DNA from: Acholeplasma brassicae
Lineage (GTDB): Bacteria > Bacillota_I > Bacilli_A > Acholeplasmatales > UBA5453
Reading direction: 5' to 3'
Assembly (NCBI RefSeq): GCF_000967915.1
Contig: NC_022549.1
Coordinates: 708,366-732,365 of the forward strand
DNA: 24,000 nucleotides
Shown here: piece after piece, positions 8,145 through 17,682 of the stretch
Layout of the letters: every line of letters begins with the position of its first letter
Position numbering within the stretch: the first letter of the stretch is position 1
The notes under the pieces: generated by a model
Seen by the model: the letters and a program-made list of their open reading frames with translations, nothing else
What the model was told of the DNA's origin: nothing
The model's database searches: none
Made by a program: the position numbers and the translations under genes

Positions 8145-8153
8145 TGTTATAAT
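8145..8153 (+). promoter_or_regulatory. Extended -10 promoter upstream of ftsY
   Basis: TGTTATAAT, about 20 nt before ftsY start and just before AGGAG. Confidence 0.7.
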
Positions 8154-8172
8154 GTATTTTAGGAGTGATTGT

Positions 8173-9138
8173 ATGGGATTGTTTAGCAAATTATTCAAAA
8201 AAAATAAAACGAAAAATGATAAATACAAATTAGGACTACATAAATCAAGAGAAACACTCGGTAATCTAAAGAAATTACTCGAGGAAAAGAAAACGATTGA
8301 TGAAGACTTATTTGATGAACTTGAAGAAATCTTAATTATGGCTGACATTGGGATTGATACCGTCTTGTCATTTATGGCCGATTTAAGAAAAGAAATCGAT
8401 GTGAAGTCAATTAAGGAACCCAAAGAACTTCAAGAGATTATCGTGGATGAAATGTTTAATCTCTACTTACAAGATGAAGTCGTGATTGCCGATTTAGACT
8501 ACAAAGAAAAAGAAGTCAATGTCTATTTATTTGTGGGTGTCAACGGCGTAGGGAAAACAACATCGATTGGCAAGTTAGCTTATCAGTTAAAAAAAGAAGG
8601 TAAAAAAGTGTTAATGGTTGCGGGTGATACCTTTAGAGCAGGGGCCATTGAACAGTTAAATGTTTGGGCAACAAGAGCGGGTGTCGATATCTTTAAAAAA
8701 GAACCGGGATCAGACCCTTCAAGTGTCATTTTTGATGCCATCGTTAAGGCGAAAAAAGAGCACTATGACGTTGTTTTAGCAGATACCGCTGGTAGACTAC
8801 AAAATAAAGTTAATTTGATGAAAGAACTTGAAAAAATGCATCGTGTGATCAAAAAAGAATTACCAGATCAACCAAGCGAAACACTACTTGTCATTGATGC
8901 AACCACCGGTCAAAATGGCTTAAAACAAGCCGAAGTATTTAAAGAAGCTACTGACGTTACTGGTGTCATACTAACCAAACTCGATGGGACTGCCAAAGGT
9001 GGAATCGTTTTAGCGATTCGTCACTTGTTTAAGCTGCCTATCAAGTACATTGGCTTAGGTGAAAAAATTGAGGATCTTGTTTTATTTGATATTGAGGATT
9101 ATATTTACGGATTATTCTCAGATTTCTTTGAGGCGTAA
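8173..9138 (+). CDS. ftsY: Signal recognition particle receptor FtsY (start corrected from 8077)
   Basis: AGGAG RBS before ATG 8173 (MGLFSKLFKK); GVNGVGKTTSIGKLA, DTAGRLQNK, TKLDGTAKGG; upstream part of listed ORF overlaps tpx terminator and promoter. Confidence 0.95.
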   Translation: MGLFSKLFKKNKTKNDKYKLGLHKSRETLGNLKKLLEEKKTIDEDLFDELEEILIMADIGIDTVLSFMADLRKEIDVKSIKEPKELQEIIVDEMFNLYLQDEVVIADLDYKEKEVNVYLFVGVNGVGKTTSIGKLAYQLKKEGKKVLMVAGDTFRAGAIEQLNVWATRAGVDIFKKEPGSDPSSVIFDAIVKAKKEHYDVVLADTAGRLQNKVNLMKELEKMHRVIKKELPDQPSETLLVIDATTGQNGLKQAEVFKEATDVTGVILTKLDGTAKGGIVLAIRHLFKLPIKYIGLGEKIEDLVLFDIEDYIYGLFSDFFEA

Positions 9139-9458
9139 TGATGGACACGCTTGAGAAGAATCAACGATTGAATGCGTTATACTCAATTTATCAAGACCTA
9201 CTCACAGAAAAACAACGATTGTATTTTAACGCTTACTATTTAGATGATTACTCGCTACAAGAAGTAGCAACACTCTTTCAGGTAAGTCGTAATGCAGTAT
9301 TTGATCAATTGAAAAAAACAGAAGAACATCTAGTGAAATTTGAGGATGTCTTAAAATTAAATGAGCAAAAAGAAAAACGCAAAGCATATTTAACGAGTTA
9401 TTTTGAGACGAAAGACACGGATTATTTAATAAAACTAAAAGAAATGGATGAAATTTAA
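9138..9458 (+). CDS. ylxM: YlxM family SRP-associated putative DNA-binding protein
   Basis: HTH-like LTEKQRLYFNAYYLDDYSLQEVATLFQVSRNAVFDQLKKTEEHL; between ftsY and ffh. Confidence 0.88.
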   Translation: MMDTLEKNQRLNALYSIYQDLLTEKQRLYFNAYYLDDYSLQEVATLFQVSRNAVFDQLKKTEEHLVKFEDVLKLNEQKEKRKAYLTSYFETKDTDYLIKLKEMDEI

Positions 9459-10861
9459 TGGCATTTGATAGTTTAAGTAGTCGCTTACAAATGGCGATGC
9501 GTCGTTTAACCGGTAAAGGTAAACTGACAGAAACAGACATTGATGAGATGATGAGAGAAGTACGTTTGTCACTTCTTGAAGCAGACGTCAATTTAAAAGT
9601 AATTAAAACGTTTATCAATAATGTAAAAGAAAAAGCCGTCGGTCAAAAAATATTGTCTGGACTGAACCCAGGTCAGCAAGTCGTCAAAATTGTATTTGAT
9701 GAACTTAAACGTGTGATGGGTGATGAATCGGTTGGCATTTCCTATAAAATTAACGGCTTAACGGTCATTATGACGGTTGGTCTACAAGGTTCAGGTAAAA
9801 CAACAGCCATTGGTAAAATGGGTGCTTTTATACGTAAAACGGAAAAGAAAAAAGTCATGTTTATTGCGGCTGACATTTACCGCCCTGCGGCCATTGATCA
9901 GTTAAAAACCATCGGTAAGCAACTTGATATATTTGTCTATGATGAAGGTATGAATAAGGCACAAACCATTGTGAAAAATGGTCTTACATACGCCAAAGAA
10001 AATCAATACGACGTGGTCATCATTGACACGGCGGGTAGATTACATATCGATGAGGCGATGATGCAAGAACTTGTCGACGTTAAAGAAATCGCAAAACCAG
10101 ATGAAATCTTATTGACGGTAGATGCGATGACTGGGCAAGTGGCTGCTCAAGTGGCTGAGAGTTTTCATAATCAATTAAACACCACTGGTGCCATTGTAAC
10201 TAAACTTGATGGGGACACTAGGGGTGGTGCGGCGTTATCAATTAGAGAAATTTCACAAATTCCAATCAAATTTGCCTCAAGTGGTGAAAAAATGGATTCA
10301 TTTGAAGCCTTTCATCCGGAACGTATGGCCTCAAGAATTCTTGGCATGGGTGACATGCTGACCTTAATTGAAACAGCCACACAAAACATCGATGAAGACG
10401 AAGCTATGGGCATGATGGAAAAAATGATGTCTGATAATTTCAACTACAATGATTTATTAAAACAGTTTAAAATGATCAAACGAATGGGGTCTATTTCTAA
10501 AATCATGGGATTCATTCCTGGGATGGGAAAATATAAAGACCAGTTAAGTAACGTTGATGACAAACAGTTTGATAAAATGTCGGTGTTAATCCACTCAATG
10601 ACAGAAGAAGAAAGAAAAAATCCGAAACTCGTCGAGTCGTCTTCAAGAAGACGTCAACGCATTAGTAAGGGTTCAGGTATGCAAGTATCCGATTTAAATC
10701 GCTTGATACAAGCATTAGACCAACAAAAGAAACTAGCAAAACAAATGTCAGGCATGTCAGAAAGAGACATGAAGAACATACAACGAAATCCACAAAGCTT
10801 AATGCCTCAACAAAAGGTAAAAAAAGGCAAGGGTAAAAATAAAGGACAATTCCGATTTTAA
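9458..10861 (+). CDS. ffh: Signal recognition particle protein Ffh
   Basis: GLQGSGKTTAIGKMG, DTAGRLHIDE, TKLDGDTRGGAALS, C-terminal M domain with GMGD and methionine-rich helices. Confidence 0.96.
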   Translation: MAFDSLSSRLQMAMRRLTGKGKLTETDIDEMMREVRLSLLEADVNLKVIKTFINNVKEKAVGQKILSGLNPGQQVVKIVFDELKRVMGDESVGISYKINGLTVIMTVGLQGSGKTTAIGKMGAFIRKTEKKKVMFIAADIYRPAAIDQLKTIGKQLDIFVYDEGMNKAQTIVKNGLTYAKENQYDVVIIDTAGRLHIDEAMMQELVDVKEIAKPDEILLTVDAMTGQVAAQVAESFHNQLNTTGAIVTKLDGDTRGGAALSIREISQIPIKFASSGEKMDSFEAFHPERMASRILGMGDMLTLIETATQNIDEDEAMGMMEKMMSDNFNYNDLLKQFKMIKRMGSISKIMGFIPGMGKYKDQLSNVDDKQFDKMSVLIHSMTEEERKNPKLVESSSRRRQRISKGSGMQVSDLNRLIQALDQQKKLAKQMSGMSERDMKNIQRNPQSLMPQQKVKKGKGKNKGQFRF

Positions 10862-10862
10862 T

Positions 10863-10882
10863 AAAGCCTCTAGGGGCTTTTT
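10863..10882 (+). terminator. Short intrinsic terminator after ffh
   Basis: AAAGCC-TCTAGG-GGCTTT (T-G extension possible) followed by T-rich stretch. Confidence 0.65.
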
Positions 10883-10969
10883 GTCTTAAAAAAACACAGG
10901 TAATTACAGCCAAAATAAATGAGATTTGTCTCAAATTATGGTAAAATAAACCTAACTTAGGGGGTACTT

Positions 10970-13588
10970 ATGAAACGATTGGTATTAATAGATGGAAACT
11001 CGCTCTTTTTTAGAGCTTATTACGCAACAGCTTACCCTGGTGGTAATCTGATGAAAAACACTAAAGGCGTGTATACAAATGCCGTTTTTGCCTTTGTCAA
11101 TATGATAGAAAAAATACTAGAAAAACCATATTCTCATGCATTGATTGCGTTTGATACACCTAAAAAAACAAAACGACATGAGCAATACGAGGATTACAAG
11201 GCAGGTAGAGCACCAATGCCTGAAGAAATGCAAATGCAGATTCCTTTGATTCATGAATATCTAAGCGCTTTAAATGTGGCTGATTATGCACTTGAAGGGT
11301 ATGAGGCAGATGACATTATTGGTACGTTTTCCGTAATTGCTTCAAAGACGGATTATCAAGTGGATATTTATTCTTCAGACCGAGACTTACTTCAGTTAAT
11401 TGATCATAACGTGACCATTCATTTAATCAAAAAAGGGGTAACCGATATTGAAGCAATGAATCCAACCTCATTTTTAGAGAAATATGGCATCTCACATGAA
11501 TTGATGATTGACTTAAAGGCATTGATGGGTGATGCTTCAGATAACATTCCAGGGGTACCAGGTGTTGGTGAAAAAACAGCAGTTAAGTTATTGCAAACCT
11601 ATGGAACGTTAGATAAGATTTTAGAAAATAAAGAAGACATTAAAGGCAAGTTAGGCGAACGTATAAGAGAAAACGAGGATAAGGCTATTCTTTCAAAGGA
11701 ATTGGCAACCATTGATCTTGATGTACCTCTAACGATTACTTTTGAATCACTTGCCTATCAAAAATACGATTTTGATCGGTTGGTCTCTTTTTACAATGAA
11801 TGTGATTTTCACGCGTTCATCAAAAAATTAGATAAACCAAAAGAAGAACTAAAAGACTTTGATTACAAGCTTATTACGTCACATCAAGACATTAAAAAAA
11901 TATTAAAAACAAACATGGCAGTCCACTTAGAAATTTATGATTTCAATTATCATAAATCGGATTTGGTCGGTTTTTCACTTGCTGATGAGGATAGCACTTA
12001 CTTTATTCCTGTGAATGTCGCATTAGAGTCGATTGATTTTCAAATGTTCTTAAGCGACGATTCAATTGTCAAATACACCTTTGACTCCAAAGCCATGAAA
12101 GTTGCTTTATTATGGAAAGGACTCGATTTAAACGGGGTTTCATTTGACATGCTACTTGCAGCCTATTTGATCAATCAAAAGCTCGCAAAAGACGATTTTA
12201 AAGTGATTTGTATGGCGTTTGATTACGATCAAATCGACTATGATGAACAAATCTACGGCAAAGGTGCTAAAAAACAGCTTCCAGAGGAATCAATCTATCA
12301 AGTTCACGTTGCCAAAAAAGCACGTGCCATCTTTGATCTCAAAGACACCTTATTGAGTGAATTAAAAATCAACGAACAATTCGACCTGTATTCAGAAATC
12401 GAATTACCACTTTCAAGCGTACTTGCTCGTATGGAATATAACGGCATTAGTGTCGATCAAGAGGAACTTAAACATCAAAAAACAGAACTCAAAAAGCGAA
12501 TTGATGTGCTCGAAAAGTCAATTTATGAATCCGTTGGAAAAGAATTTAACATCGCTAGTCCAAAACAACTAGGCGAGGTGTTGTTTGTCGATTTAGGTCT
12601 TGAAACGTCCAAAAAAACCAAAGGTAAAAACTATTCGACGAACATCGATGTGTTAAACCATTTAATGGATAAACACCCGGTGATTCCAATGATTCTTGAA
12701 TATCGTCAATTAACCAAATTATATTCAACCTACATCGAAGGTCTTGAACAATCGGTATTTGAAGACGGAAAAGTCCACACCATTTATGCCCAAGCACTGA
12801 CCGCAACCGGTCGACTTTCGTCATTAGAACCAAACCTACAAAATATACCAGTCAGAACCGCTGAAGGCCGTGAAATTAGAAAATTGTTTGTGGCTAAAGA
12901 GCACAATTATCTACTGGCTGCGGACTATTCTCAAATTGAGTTACGGGTCTTAGCCGCAATGGCAAATGTGAAAAACTTGATTAAAGCATTTAACGAAAAC
13001 AAAGACATCCATGAACAAACAGCGAAAGAAGTGTTTGGTAGCGAAATGGTGAGTGCCGATGAAAGAAGAAAAGCCAAAGCCGTCAACTTTGGAATCATTT
13101 ATGGGATTGGTTCTTGGAGTTTAGCTGAGGATTTATCAGTCACGCCACGAGAAGCTCAAAATTTCATAGATAAATACCTTGAAGTTTACCCTGAAATTAA
13201 AACATACATGGATAACACAATCGAAACCGCGACCGAATTGGGGTATGTAAAGACATTGATGAACAGACGAAGATACATTAGCGAATTATCTAGTCCACTT
13301 TATCAAGTTAGAGAGTTCGGAAAAAGAACCGCCATGAACGCACCGATTCAAGGCAGTGCTGCGGATATCATAAAAATAGCCATGATTAAGCTTCAAAATT
13401 ACCTATTAAAGAATAAAAAGCGTAGTAAACTGTTATTACAGGTGCACGATGAATTAATCTTAGAAGTACCAGAAAAAGAACTCGAAGAGATGAAGCGAGT
13501 CGTACCTGAAATCATGGCCAATGCGGTTGATCTAACGGTTAGTTTAAAGACAAGTTGTGATGTAGGGACTAACTGGTTTGACTTGTAG
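10970..13588 (+). CDS. polA: DNA polymerase I
   Basis: N-terminal 5' nuclease (GNSLFFRAYYA, GYEADDIIGT), polymerase motifs (ADYSQIELRVLA, RRKAKAVNFGIIYGIG, LLQVHDELILE). Confidence 0.96.
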   Translation: MKRLVLIDGNSLFFRAYYATAYPGGNLMKNTKGVYTNAVFAFVNMIEKILEKPYSHALIAFDTPKKTKRHEQYEDYKAGRAPMPEEMQMQIPLIHEYLSALNVADYALEGYEADDIIGTFSVIASKTDYQVDIYSSDRDLLQLIDHNVTIHLIKKGVTDIEAMNPTSFLEKYGISHELMIDLKALMGDASDNIPGVPGVGEKTAVKLLQTYGTLDKILENKEDIKGKLGERIRENEDKAILSKELATIDLDVPLTITFESLAYQKYDFDRLVSFYNECDFHAFIKKLDKPKEELKDFDYKLITSHQDIKKILKTNMAVHLEIYDFNYHKSDLVGFSLADEDSTYFIPVNVALESIDFQMFLSDDSIVKYTFDSKAMKVALLWKGLDLNGVSFDMLLAAYLINQKLAKDDFKVICMAFDYDQIDYDEQIYGKGAKKQLPEESIYQVHVAKKARAIFDLKDTLLSELKINEQFDLYSEIELPLSSVLARMEYNGISVDQEELKHQKTELKKRIDVLEKSIYESVGKEFNIASPKQLGEVLFVDLGLETSKKTKGKNYSTNIDVLNHLMDKHPVIPMILEYRQLTKLYSTYIEGLEQSVFEDGKVHTIYAQALTATGRLSSLEPNLQNIPVRTAEGREIRKLFVAKEHNYLLAADYSQIELRVLAAMANVKNLIKAFNENKDIHEQTAKEVFGSEMVSADERRKAKAVNFGIIYGIGSWSLAEDLSVTPREAQNFIDKYLEVYPEIKTYMDNTIETATELGYVKTLMNRRRYISELSSPLYQVREFGKRTAMNAPIQGSAADIIKIAMIKLQNYLLKNKKRSKLLLQVHDELILEVPEKELEEMKRVVPEIMANAVDLTVSLKTSCDVGTNWFDL

Positions 13589-13650
13589 ATTCTAGATACT
13601 TAAACTCGCATCAATACAATAACTAATGCTTGAAGAAAGGAGCTCTAATC

Positions 13651-14454
13651 ATGCCAGAATTACCAGAAGTCGAAACGGTCAGACGAACCTTAGAAAATTT
13701 TGTGAAAAACAAACGAATTCGTCACGTGGATGTCTTTTACGAAAAAATGATTTCAAATGATGTTCAATCTGTTTTAATTGGAAAAACAATTGAGAAAATC
13801 GATCGATTGGGCAAATACCTAATTTTTAATTTAGGAAGTCATGATTTAATCGTTCATTTAAGAATGGAAGGCCGATTTTTTCTTAAACCATACGACGAAC
13901 CAAGAGATAAACACGAACACGTCATCTTTTATTTAGACGATTTTACAATGCGCTATCATGACACAAGAAAATTTGGTACCTTTGATTTAAGAATAAAAGA
14001 AGATACCTACAAAACACCACCGCTTTCCTTACTGGCGAAAGACCCATTTGAGATAGACGCTAACCTTTTTTACGAACGCATCAAGCGTAAGAACCAAGCA
14101 ATTAAGACCGTCCTTCTAGATCAAAAGATGATTTTAGGTCTAGGCAATATATATGCGGATGAAACACTCTTTAGGAGTAAGATACATCCGGCAAAAAAGG
14201 CATCAACCCTAACCAAAAAACAAACAAAATTAATCATCGAAAACGCGAAAGATATTTTAAGAGAGTCAATTGCTTTGGGTGGAACGACCATAAGAACTTA
14301 TACCTCAAGTCTCGGTGTTACTGGGCGCTTTCAGCATAGTTTAGGAGTTCATCAAAAATTGAATGAACCATGCCCGAACTGTCAAACGTTAATCGAAAAA
14401 CAAGTGATTAATGGAAGAAGCAGTTTTTACTGTAAGACCTGTCAAAAGAGGTGA
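13651..14454 (+). CDS. mutM: Formamidopyrimidine-DNA glycosylase (start corrected from 13630)
   Basis: MPELPEVETVRR N-terminus requires Pro2; AAAGGAG RBS precedes ATG 13651; C-terminal zinc finger CPNCQ...CKTC. Confidence 0.96.
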   Translation: MPELPEVETVRRTLENFVKNKRIRHVDVFYEKMISNDVQSVLIGKTIEKIDRLGKYLIFNLGSHDLIVHLRMEGRFFLKPYDEPRDKHEHVIFYLDDFTMRYHDTRKFGTFDLRIKEDTYKTPPLSLLAKDPFEIDANLFYERIKRKNQAIKTVLLDQKMILGLGNIYADETLFRSKIHPAKKASTLTKKQTKLIIENAKDILRESIALGGTTIRTYTSSLGVTGRFQHSLGVHQKLNEPCPNCQTLIEKQVINGRSSFYCKTCQKR

Positions 14455-14458
14455 ACAT

Positions 14459-15046
14459 ATGATTGTATTAGGTTTAACAGGCGGTATCGCCTCTGGGAAG
14501 TCAACCGCAAGTCAGTGGTTTGTTAGTCAAGGCATCCGAGTTTTAGACGCCGATAAAATGAATCATCACCTATTGAACTTTAATCAAGAGGTAATCGATC
14601 AAATTTCGAAATCTTTTTCAAAAGATGTCATAAAAAATGGTAAAATAGATAGAGAAACCCTAGGAAAAATGGTTTTTAATGACCCAAACAAACGTAAACA
14701 GTTAGAGCAAATTGTTCATCCAATCATTAAATCGATGATTAAAGAAGAACTAAGTAGGCATCAAAATGAGCCACTCATTGTATTAGATGTCCCGCTCTTA
14801 TTTGAGACTGACTTTGATCAATTATGCCATCAAACCTTAGTGATATATGTTGATGAAAAAACACAAATCAGTCGTTTGATGACAAGAAATCACTTTTCAA
14901 AAGAAGAAAGTCTAAAACGAATCTCTGCTCAAATGTCTTTAACTGAGAAAGCAAAAAAAGCGACTTATGTCATTTCTAATGAAGGCACAAAAGAAGAAAT
15001 GTATGAACAGCTAAAACAATTATATGAACAACTAATAGGAGTGTAG
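14459..15046 (+). CDS. coaE: Dephospho-CoA kinase (start corrected from 14411)
   Basis: MIVLGLTGGIASGKSTASQWF, VLDADKMNH, VLDVPLLFETDFD; AGAGGTG RBS upstream of ATG 14459. Confidence 0.94.
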   Translation: MIVLGLTGGIASGKSTASQWFVSQGIRVLDADKMNHHLLNFNQEVIDQISKSFSKDVIKNGKIDRETLGKMVFNDPNKRKQLEQIVHPIIKSMIKEELSRHQNEPLIVLDVPLLFETDFDQLCHQTLVIYVDEKTQISRLMTRNHFSKEESLKRISAQMSLTEKAKKATYVISNEGTKEEMYEQLKQLYEQLIGV

Positions 15047-15050
15047 AATT

Positions 15051-15383
15051 ATGCCAATTTATCGTACCGCAGAAAATGCGAAAGACCCAAAAATCGTTAC
15101 AAGATGGTATCAAAGTGATTACAAAGAAGTAAGTAACGCCGTCTTATCCGTAACGAAACAATTTGGATTTAACCTGCTTCACCAAGACGACCAGTTCGGT
15201 GAATTCATTTTAGAGAAAAAACAAGCAACACTTGATGTTAAAATCATATCGATGAATCGTAGAGAAACAGCGGTTGATTTTACACTAAATGTGGCAAATA
15301 TTTTCGATTTTGGTCGATCTAAGACAATGATTTTTGAGATGTATCAACGTCTCGGAAAAATGTTAACTGAAAAGAAACGATAG
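15051..15383 (+). CDS. Uncharacterised small protein (110 aa)
   Basis: Full ORF tightly packed between coaE and dnaB; no family motif recognised. Confidence 0.8.
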   Translation: MPIYRTAENAKDPKIVTRWYQSDYKEVSNAVLSVTKQFGFNLLHQDDQFGEFILEKKQATLDVKIISMNRRETAVDFTLNVANIFDFGRSKTMIFEMYQRLGKMLTEKKR

Positions 15384-15391
15384 GTGATTGA

Positions 15392-16597
15392 ATGAAAAAT
15401 GATTGCCTATGGATCATGAAAAACAGTGCAATCTCTGAAGAAGATCAAGCCGTATTAAGTTTGCTTTATCAACCACTCATTGGTACAGAAGCACATGGTC
15501 TTTATTTATTGCTATCTAACTTAACTGATAAGAAAAACCATCAATCGGAAATCGTTAGTTTTTCTTTTTTACTCGACCTTTTAAATATCAAAGAAAAGGC
15601 TTTTTTAAGTGCAAGGCAAAAACTTGAAGCGATTGGTTTGATTAACATCTATCAAAAAAAGGATATCTATTTATTCAAGCTTAATATGCCGCTTAGCCCA
15701 AAACAATTCTTTTTGGATGGCATCTTAGGCAGTTTTCTTCGTTCAGAAATCGGCGATAAAAACTTTAATATGTTGTTCGAGTTATTCTCTGTGCCAGAAG
15801 TAAGCAAAGATGGCTACGAAAATATCACTAAAACCTTTGATGAAGTATTCCAAGTCAATAACTTAGAAGCGTTAACGACAAACAAACATGTGTTTGGAAG
15901 AAAAAACGGAACAGGTGTTGTGATTAAAGACGAGTTTGATTTTGAAGTGCTCTATGAAGCACTACCGATCCGAATTAAGAAAAAACGTCTTTACACGGAA
16001 AAAATCAAGAGTCAAATTGCCTCAATCTTTTACGTTTATGGGTTTAGTATCGAAGAAATGGTGCGTATTCTAAGCGATTCGTACATTGAAGAAAACAAAT
16101 CGATTTTTTACGAAAAAATATCATTGAACGCAAAAATGTATAACGAACAAAAAAATGGGAATCATTCGATTGAAATTGACATGAAAGAACAGAAGTCAAC
16201 AAACCCGCTGGTCCTTTCAAAATTAAAGCCACAAGAGATTATTCGTGCTTATGGATCAAAGCTAACAAATCAATCGTTCGCCTTAGAAACGATAAGAAAT
16301 TTGGTTGAACGTAACGCGGTGGATATCGCAGTGATTAATGCAGTAATCATTGCCGCATTGCGTTCAAAGAATGATTTACCGAGCTTAAACTACTTAGAGA
16401 AGGTATTAAATGACTGGATCAAACGTGGGATTGATAATGAAGAAGCGGCTTATCACTACATTATGGGTGATTCTAGTGGGACTAAACCAAAAACAAACAA
16501 GACAAATTACGCATCTAATCGTGTGGTTAAACACGTACCTGATTGGGTAAATGACTTTATTGATTCGATGGAGACAGGAGAGACAAAGCATGATTAA
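15392..16597 (+). CDS. dnaB: Replication initiation/membrane attachment protein, DnaB-like (Firmicutes DnaB/DnaD superfamily)
   Basis: Position directly before dnaI; LLYQPLIGTEAHGLYLLL, C-terminal DDBH2-like VINAVIIAALRSKNDLPSLNYLEKVLNDWIKRGI. Confidence 0.85.
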   Translation: MKNDCLWIMKNSAISEEDQAVLSLLYQPLIGTEAHGLYLLLSNLTDKKNHQSEIVSFSFLLDLLNIKEKAFLSARQKLEAIGLINIYQKKDIYLFKLNMPLSPKQFFLDGILGSFLRSEIGDKNFNMLFELFSVPEVSKDGYENITKTFDEVFQVNNLEALTTNKHVFGRKNGTGVVIKDEFDFEVLYEALPIRIKKKRLYTEKIKSQIASIFYVYGFSIEEMVRILSDSYIEENKSIFYEKISLNAKMYNEQKNGNHSIEIDMKEQKSTNPLVLSKLKPQEIIRAYGSKLTNQSFALETIRNLVERNAVDIAVINAVIIAALRSKNDLPSLNYLEKVLNDWIKRGIDNEEAAYHYIMGDSSGTKPKTNKTNYASNRVVKHVPDWVNDFIDSMETGETKHD

Positions 16598-17411
16598 ATA
16601 CAGTGATTTAAGATTGATTGTTCAATCGTTTGAAGAAACAAAAAATCTTGACATTAAAGATCAAGATTTACCGATGGTTTGTCAGTACATTGAGTTGAAA
16701 AAAGACTTTGACCCAAACGATATTACCATACGATTTGAACCAGTTTTACGATTAGAACCGTACGTATTTATCGAATACATTCCTTCAAAAACGCATCAAG
16801 CGTACATGAAAGAAAAAGAAAAACTGAGTCACATCGATACGTTTTATCATAGTGATTACGTCATCGAAGCAACCTTTGAACAATTTGAACCATTTAATTC
16901 GGAGCGTAGGTTACTACTTGAAAAGGCGAAAAGTTTTTGTGAACGTTTTGAAAAAGGAAAGTTCATTAAAGGGTTATATATCTTTGGTCAATATCGAACG
17001 GGAAAAACGTATCTTTTAAGTGCAATCGTCAATGAACTTGCGAAAAAAGAAGTGAACAGTATTTTTGCTTATTTCCCAGATTTGATTCGCTATTTAAAGA
17101 GTGCGATCTCTGATCATTCACTTGAAGAGAAGGTTAAAGCACTCAAAACGTGTGACCTACTCGTGTTAGATGATTTAGGCAGTGAAAACATGACCCCTTG
17201 GTTTAGAGATGAAATCTTCGGACCAATTTTGCAACACCGCTTGAGTGTTGGTCTACCGTTACTTGTTTCATCGAATCTAAACATGAAAGCATTGATTAGC
17301 ACGTACGTTGATTCAGGAAATGAAACGGATCAATTAAAAGCCACTCGTTTGGTCTCAAGAATTTATGATTTGACCGAACCGGTCGAAATGAGCCAAAAAA
17401 GATACAAATAA
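16590..17411 (+). CDS. dnaI: Primosomal helicase loader DnaI (start refined from 16551)
   Basis: GLYIFGQYRTGKTYLLSAIVNEL, LLVLDDLGSENMTPW, SNLNMKAL; GGAG before ATG 16590. Confidence 0.88.
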   Translation: MIKYSDLRLIVQSFEETKNLDIKDQDLPMVCQYIELKKDFDPNDITIRFEPVLRLEPYVFIEYIPSKTHQAYMKEKEKLSHIDTFYHSDYVIEATFEQFEPFNSERRLLLEKAKSFCERFEKGKFIKGLYIFGQYRTGKTYLLSAIVNELAKKEVNSIFAYFPDLIRYLKSAISDHSLEEKVKALKTCDLLVLDDLGSENMTPWFRDEIFGPILQHRLSVGLPLLVSSNLNMKALISTYVDSGNETDQLKATRLVSRIYDLTEPVEMSQKRYK

Positions 17412-17414
17412 TGA

Positions 17415-17442
17415 TTGACAACGAATCTTAAAGTGATATAAT
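17415..17442 (+). promoter_or_regulatory. Sigma-A promoter for thrS leader
   Basis: TTGACA 17415-17420, 16-bp spacer, TATAAT 17437-17442. Confidence 0.85.
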
Positions 17443-17448
17443 TTAATT

Positions 17449-17658
17449 TGAAATGTGATGATTAGGACATGATTATGATTAATCAAAAGCGATGTAGAAT
17501 GGTGAAAGCTACAAACAATCAATAATTACTCCCTATGAGCAAGCTGTGAAAACAGAAGTCGTATGTCTGCGTTAAAGGCATTTGAGCGCTAGTCTTTTGA
17601 CTAGAACTAAGGTGGTACCGCGATATTTTCGTCCTTAACTTTGTTAAGGGCTTTTTTT
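17449..17658 (+). promoter_or_regulatory. T-box leader (threonyl-tRNA responsive) controlling thrS
   Basis: Canonical AAGGTGGTACCGCG (17609-17622) with TGGT acceptor-binding bulge, GATGTAGAATGGTGAAAGCTAC stem I apical region, candidate ACT Thr specifier at 17528-17530, and terminator. Confidence 0.94.
17633..17658 (+). terminator. T-box terminator hairpin
   Basis: CCTTAAC-TTT-GTTAAGG-GC-TTTTTTT. Confidence 0.9.
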
Positions 17659-17682
17659 ATTTTTAATAGGAGGATATAACAC

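Noticed and set aside
8077-8172. N-terminal extension of ftsY ORF (MTLSKPYNQKFSFGFFFHHYVKY...)
   Set aside because: Overlaps the tpx 3' end, its terminator and the ftsY promoter; good RBS and family-typical start at 8173.
10920-10933. Small hairpin TGAGA-TTTG-TCTCA upstream of polA
   Set aside because: Only 5 bp and AT-rich; could be an operator but not distinguishable from chance by eye.
12555-12833. Antisense ORF inside polA (and similar minus-strand ORFs at 2934, 3553, 4944, 7532, 8133, 9226, 10662, 16044, 16406, 17114, 18886, 19414, 20392, 21016, 21490, 22028, 22714)
   Set aside because: All lie opposite confident coding sequences or straddle gene starts; compositions are typical reverse-complement shadows.
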